In this document: piece after piece, positions 59,522 through 64,000 of the stretch
How positions within the stretch are numbered: position 1 is the stretch's first letter
Layout: the number at the start of each line of letters is the position of its first letter
Assembly (NCBI GenBank): GCA_026397045.1
Contig: JAPLVO010000006.1
Coordinates: forward strand, 1,706-65,705
Direction of reading: 5' to 3'
From: Patescibacteria group bacterium
GTDB taxonomy: Bacteria; Patescibacteriota; Saccharimonadia; CAILAD01; BJGX01
DNA: 64,000 nucleotides
Position numbers and translations under genes: made by a program
Notes under the pieces: model-generated
Told to the model about the DNA's origin: nothing
What the model saw: only the letters and a program-made list of their open reading frames with translations
Database searches by the model: none

Positions 59522-59660
59522 AGTTAAAGCATAAGACTATTAGCCTTTTCATGCAATAGTAAAAGGCAAAAAACACTACATAAGTTCAATGCTTAAGCAC
59601 CTTTAGTATGTACTATATCATCAGCTCAACAGATCGTAAAAAAATTATTGAACAAATATA

Positions 59661-60107
59661 TTATTGCTTAGGGCCGTCTAGTTTTGCATCTCGGAGCATA
59701 GACTGACGCTTTTTAGTCTCGCGTTTGTCATAGAGCTTTTTGCCTCTAGCCATGGCAATTTCAAGCTTAATTCGGCCCCTAACTATACCAATTGCAGTGG
59801 GAACGACGCTTAGGTGCTGTGAGCGAGCATCTTCAATGATTTTTTCGATTTCCTTCTTATGGAGAAGCAGCTTACGATCAACCAAAGGATTATAGTTCTC
59901 GTCATTGCCAGCCTGCTTGTAAGGGCTTACATGGGCGTTCACCAGGTAAGCTTCACCTGATTTAAAGCTTATATAGCTGCCCTTTAGGTCGATATGGCCA
60001 GCCTTAATGCTTTTTACTTCAGCCCCCGACAACACTAAGCCAGCCTCAAATCTTTCTTTAAGTTCGTAGTCGTGGCGAGCCCGACGATTGGTTGCTAATA
60101 CCTTCAT
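59661..60107 (-). CDS. smpB: SsrA-binding protein
   Basis: NRRARHDY, EAGLVLSGAEVKS, RKLLLHK, RGKKLYDKR. Confidence 0.96.
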   Translation of the reverse strand: MKVLATNRRARHDYELKERFEAGLVLSGAEVKSIKAGHIDLKGSYISFKSGEAYLVNAHVSPYKQAGNDENYNPLVDRKLLLHKKEIEKIIEDARSQHLSVVPTAIGIVRGRIKLEIAMARGKKLYDKRETKKRQSMLRDAKLDGPKQ

Positions 60108-60156
60108 AGCTAGATTATAGCTCAAAGAGCGGCCATAGGATATAATAGCTAGCATT

Positions 60157-61770
60157 ATGAACAATCCACAAGATAAGTTTACTGAAGCGCTGATTGTAGC
60201 TATGGGGGCTAGCTATAAGTCCTATGGTAAGTCGGATGTAGAACTCAGCGTTAGCCGTTGTAGTCCAAAGTTTGGCGATTTTAGTACCAATGTAGCCTTC
60301 AGACTGGCAAAAGACGAAGGGATTAGCCCAGAAGTGGCTGCAGCACCTATCGTAGCCGCCCTCTCAAACTGTAAAGATATTGTTAGCGCCGAGTATCTGC
60401 CGCCGGGCTTTATAAATGCCACATTAAAGCAGGAAATATGGGTAGATTACCTTGCAAGTATAGGTAAAGACTTTGGCTTTTCCAAGAAGGGCCATGGTTC
60501 AAAAATTCAGCTGGAATTTATCTCCGCTAACCCTACAGGGCCTCTAGTACTTACAAATGCCTGGCAAGGTTACTACGGCGATATACTTTCTAATATATTC
60601 TCATCTCAGGGCTACTTGGTCTCAAGAGAATATTATCTAAATGACGGTGGTAACCAGATAGTTTCACTAGGCAGAGCAGTGCAACAGTCATTAGGCAAGA
60701 AGTTCTCCGAAGAGATCGCTAGTGAGCTATACCGAGGTGAGTATATCAGTATTATTGCTGATATTATTACAACAGAAATAGGTAGCCCTGATCTAGTAAC
60801 GACTGCGGAGCCCAGCCAAATAGGCCTAAAAGCAGCCAAACTAATCCTAGAACAGTATATTAAGCCTGATTTGGCTCGATTAGGGGTTAAATTCGATTCT
60901 ATCTATTCTGAGGGCAGGCCAGACATACAAAAAACACTTAACCGACTTGAAGACGCAGGCCTAAGCAAACACAAGGATGGAGCATTATGGCTTGATGGCT
61001 CCAAGGTTGGCCTTAAGCAGGATGAAGTACTGGTTAGGTCATACGACGACGGCCATAGCTATTTCCTAAAAGACATCGCCTACCAACTTGAAAGGCTAGA
61101 GGAAAGAGGGTTCAATGAGACCATAACAATAGTCGGCCCCGATCACCACGGCCAATCAATTAGGCTACTTAATACCCTTAAAGCTCTTGGCCATAGCGGT
61201 TTTAGTGAGCTATCGACCCAGACAATCAGACTTATTAGGGCCGGTAAAGAATTTAAGATGAGTAAAAGAAAAGGCAATTATGTTTTATTGGATGACTTTC
61301 TCGATACAGTTCCGACAGAGGCCGCTAGATTCTATTTTGCTATGCGAGACACTAATACTCACATGGATTTTGATATTGATCTCATAAGCCAACATAGCTC
61401 CAAAAACCCTGTGTATTATTCGCTTTACGCATACGCTAGAGCCTGCTCTATTGAAGAAAAAGCCCAAAAAGAGGGTGTTGAGGTTGCTACATCACTAAAA
61501 GGTTACTCGCTAACTGACTGCGAGAAGCATATAGCAGTTGAGCTTTCTAAGTTGCCAGAAATACTACTGGAAATAACTAGCTCCCACAAAGTCCATCAGC
61601 TTCTGCATCACACCGTAGAAATAGCCAAATCATTCCATGAGTACTATGAGCAGGATAGAGTACTGAGCTCTACTAAGGCTGCTCAAAAACTATTCATAAT
61701 AGCTAGATTCAAACGAGCTTATGAATCTATATTCTCTATCCTTGGGGTAGACCTACTGGAAAAGATGTAG
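60157..61770 (+). CDS. argS: Arginine--tRNA ligase with divergent HIGH motif
   Basis: FGDFSTN, PGFIN, EFISANPTGPL, EYYLNDGGNQ, GPDHHG, KMSKRKGN, NPVYY..YA.AR..SI. Confidence 0.9.
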   Translation: MNNPQDKFTEALIVAMGASYKSYGKSDVELSVSRCSPKFGDFSTNVAFRLAKDEGISPEVAAAPIVAALSNCKDIVSAEYLPPGFINATLKQEIWVDYLASIGKDFGFSKKGHGSKIQLEFISANPTGPLVLTNAWQGYYGDILSNIFSSQGYLVSREYYLNDGGNQIVSLGRAVQQSLGKKFSEEIASELYRGEYISIIADIITTEIGSPDLVTTAEPSQIGLKAAKLILEQYIKPDLARLGVKFDSIYSEGRPDIQKTLNRLEDAGLSKHKDGALWLDGSKVGLKQDEVLVRSYDDGHSYFLKDIAYQLERLEERGFNETITIVGPDHHGQSIRLLNTLKALGHSGFSELSTQTIRLIRAGKEFKMSKRKGNYVLLDDFLDTVPTEAARFYFAMRDTNTHMDFDIDLISQHSSKNPVYYSLYAYARACSIEEKAQKEGVEVATSLKGYSLTDCEKHIAVELSKLPEILLEITSSHKVHQLLHHTVEIAKSFHEYYEQDRVLSSTKAAQKLFIIARFKRAYESIFSILGVDLLEKM

Positions 61771-61782
61771 TAAAAAAAACTA

Positions 61783-63783
61783 CTATTTTTCTATCTTATA
61801 AGTCAATATTTTGTTATCAGTATTTATAAATAATTGGGAGCTATTGGGGCCCATAGTAAACGAATTGATTGGTAGATTACCTGAAAGTGCGTAGGATCTG
61901 ACAAAACTTGCCGAATCTGAGTCGGCTGATAGCAGTGCTATCTTGTCTCTTGATGAACCTAGTACTAAGAAATAGCCGGCCTCTTGATTGTAATAGATAC
62001 TGTTAAGTTCCCCGAAGCCTTCCGGTAGATTGTTAATCTTAAAATCACGCTCCGAGCCTTGTTCAAAGAGCCTTATGCGGTCTCCTTGCGTGATAAAAAT
62101 GTTGCCATTAACGATAAAAGAGCTGGCATTATTCAGGCTGCCAGATGGTAGATTCTTTAGCAAGCTTGTTTTGGCGGCCAGCTTAGTCCCAGATTTGGTG
62201 TATCTGATAACTTGGTTCTCTTCGGGGCTAAGTAGGTATAAGTTGCCAAGGTAGCTGGCGACATCAACTGAATTTGGCAGAGAGTCAGACTTAAGCTGCT
62301 GCAGGCCGTCAGCAAAAGCGTATTGCCATAGGCTAGATTTACCGAGCATTATAATGCCGACTCCACCCATGCTGTCCGCGGCAGAAGACCCAATAAGATC
62401 CCGTTCGCTGGCCCGTACAGCAGGGTCGCCTAAAAGCGGGTTTATTTCTACCACAGAGCCCACTGATGGGTCTATCCCAGTTAGAGCCGATGAAGCCCAA
62501 GTTATGGAGGATAGCTGCCGCTGGGGGATTGGGAAGCCGTTATCTGTGGGAATCCTGGTAATGCTATCTATTTTGTCGATCAAACTCTCTAACCTTAGAG
62601 CTACCAAGCTAAAGCTCGGCTGGTTTTTATCGACCGAGGCTCGAGAATCTATTTTCGACCTGTCGGTGTCGCTAATGGAATCAAGCAACTCCTTAGCCTT
62701 ATTGGAAGTACTTTTTGCAGAACCTCGATTGTTCTTAGCTAATTCAGCCTCAGCTGACGAGATAACTACTATAGCGTCCTCAAGTACCTTGCCAGATGAG
62801 TCGGCTGTTTTGAGCATGGACGAAGCCCCCAGACCAAGAAGGCAGAGAGTTATTATAGTAATAGATACAACGATAAATGCTTGTTTCGGGTTTGGATTTA
62901 TGTATTTAGTCCATATAGCTGTCCAGCCTTTTTTGACCTTACCCGAAATAGCAGGTACTACTTGATGTCTTGTCGAAGCTGCCGTTTTATTGATAGACTT
63001 CTTGGCATAGTTTCTGCCAGACTTGAGGCCATTAGCTAATCCAAAAAAGGCCGAACTAAGCTTGTCTTTTGAGATCGTTGCTACATTTGGCGGCGTAAGC
63101 TCTTCTTTTGGGTCTGTTCCGTTAACCCTGATTAGTATGAAGCTGTAGCAAATATCTTCAGCTAAATCTAACGCCTGCAGGATCGATTCCTTAGAGTTGT
63201 TGATTTTTTGCTGCGACGAAAAAGAAGCAAGCTGTTTTTTATCCAGGCTTTTAGATATTGCACTACTGGCCATCAGCAGGGTGTCGCCAGACCTTATTGA
63301 GCCCTCTCCAACCTGGCCGAACAGCCTCTCTGGTATTTTAAGCCCTAAGCTGGTCGCAACTGACTTTCTAAAGAGTAGCATGAGCATTTTACCGGCATTA
63401 GCGAATAGCACGCGGCCGTTATGAGTAGCGATAATGCCAATATTGTATTCCCCCTTAGACTCGGTAATTAGCTCGTTAAGAGCTCGTAGGCACATTCTAA
63501 AGCGCCTTTCGAAGCTGGTTTGAATACCGCTCTCGTAAAATGCCTTACCTAATCCCTGAACGATGCTTTCGAGGTTAACTCGCTTGTCATTGGGGTTGTA
63601 TTCGAATGAAAGATAAAGACTCCCAAAGCTAGATGCCATTTCCTCGCTTGGCTCAAATCCAATCACAAAAGACTCTCCAATAGATCTGTTCATCTTCTTT
63701 GGTAGGTAATTGTACTGTATGTGCTGACTGGAGATTTCGGTGGGCTTAATGATGGCTCTCTTTTTATGATAATATTGTACCAT
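61783..63783 (-). CDS. Hypothetical membrane protein (PP2C-like N-terminus, TM, beta-propeller-like C-terminus)
   Basis: Long ORF; GQVGEGSIRSGDTLLMAS, TM, YLGNLYLL..ENQVIRY. Start uncertain (63783 or 63693). Confidence 0.65.
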   Translation of the reverse strand: MVQYYHKKRAIIKPTEISSQHIQYNYLPKKMNRSIGESFVIGFEPSEEMASSFGSLYLSFEYNPNDKRVNLESIVQGLGKAFYESGIQTSFERRFRMCLRALNELITESKGEYNIGIIATHNGRVLFANAGKMLMLLFRKSVATSLGLKIPERLFGQVGEGSIRSGDTLLMASSAISKSLDKKQLASFSSQQKINNSKESILQALDLAEDICYSFILIRVNGTDPKEELTPPNVATISKDKLSSAFFGLANGLKSGRNYAKKSINKTAASTRHQVVPAISGKVKKGWTAIWTKYINPNPKQAFIVVSITIITLCLLGLGASSMLKTADSSGKVLEDAIVVISSAEAELAKNNRGSAKSTSNKAKELLDSISDTDRSKIDSRASVDKNQPSFSLVALRLESLIDKIDSITRIPTDNGFPIPQRQLSSITWASSALTGIDPSVGSVVEINPLLGDPAVRASERDLIGSSAADSMGGVGIIMLGKSSLWQYAFADGLQQLKSDSLPNSVDVASYLGNLYLLSPEENQVIRYTKSGTKLAAKTSLLKNLPSGSLNNASSFIVNGNIFITQGDRIRLFEQGSERDFKINNLPEGFGELNSIYYNQEAGYFLVLGSSRDKIALLSADSDSASFVRSYALSGNLPINSFTMGPNSSQLFINTDNKILTYKIEK

Positions 63784-63816
63784 TTTGCAGGGCTTAAGGT
63801 ATGATAAAGGCACATA

Positions 63817-64000
63817 ATGAAAAGCAACGAGCAACTACCAATTAAATTTACGCCCGAACAGCTTCAGGCAATTAACCATGAAAAGGGGCCAATACTTGTT
63901 GTGGCAGGTGCAGGGACAGGCAAGACGGCCGTCATCACGCAAAGGATTGCCAGGCTAATATTGTCAGGAAATGCCAAAGCGGAGGAGGTGCTGGCACTGA
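63817..64000 (+). CDS. UvrD/PcrA-family helicase (3' truncated by window)
   Basis: Manual translation gives MKSNEQLPIKFTPEQLQAINHEKGPILVVAGAGTGKTAVITQRIARL (Q motif + Walker A). Confidence 0.9.
   Translation, partial: MKSNEQLPIKFTPEQLQAINHEKGPILVVAGAGTGKTAVITQRIARLILSGNAKAEEVLAL

Noticed and set aside
874-63424. Many 60-200 aa antisense or overlapping ORFs in the track (e.g. 16029-16637, 14295-14759, 62354-62965, 9479-9685, 10177-10365)
   Set aside because: They are shadows of well-supported genes or tRNAs, with no motifs or initiation signals.

Overview
Core chromosomal segment of a small-genome bacterium, most likely Patescibacteria/CPR and Saccharibacteria-like. This is inferred from the PilX-like C-terminus, NrdR-like, PaaX-like, wHTH-nucleotidyltransferase and membrane-anchored Clp proteins, dense packing and genetic code 11. 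It carries about 60 CDS (translation, tRNA modification, cell-envelope and glycosyltransferase genes), six tRNAs, RNase P RNA, tmRNA and a probable 6S RNA. There is no CRISPR array, transposase or prophage. The most interesting signals are non-coding. (1) A very compact T-box-like leader before thrS has a perfect antiterminator whose variable base matches the discriminator of the tRNA-Thr in this window. (2) A ~90-nt promoter-to-terminator unit (58358-58447, minus) has a 5' segment perfectly complementary over 16 nt to the 5'UTR of a PaaX/Cas2-like regulator 31 kb away, whose promoter carries tandem palindromic operators. (3) A miniature tRNA-Arg 3'-end duplication element lies at 6200-6485. 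(4) Leaderless-type promoter geometry is widespread. There is also a 1982-aa surface-repeat sensor kinase with a split kinase core, and a four-gene glycolipid-synthase-like GT4 array. Three genes (mnmG, thrS, DUF4012-like) are broken by deletions in conserved motifs, most likely assembly artefacts.
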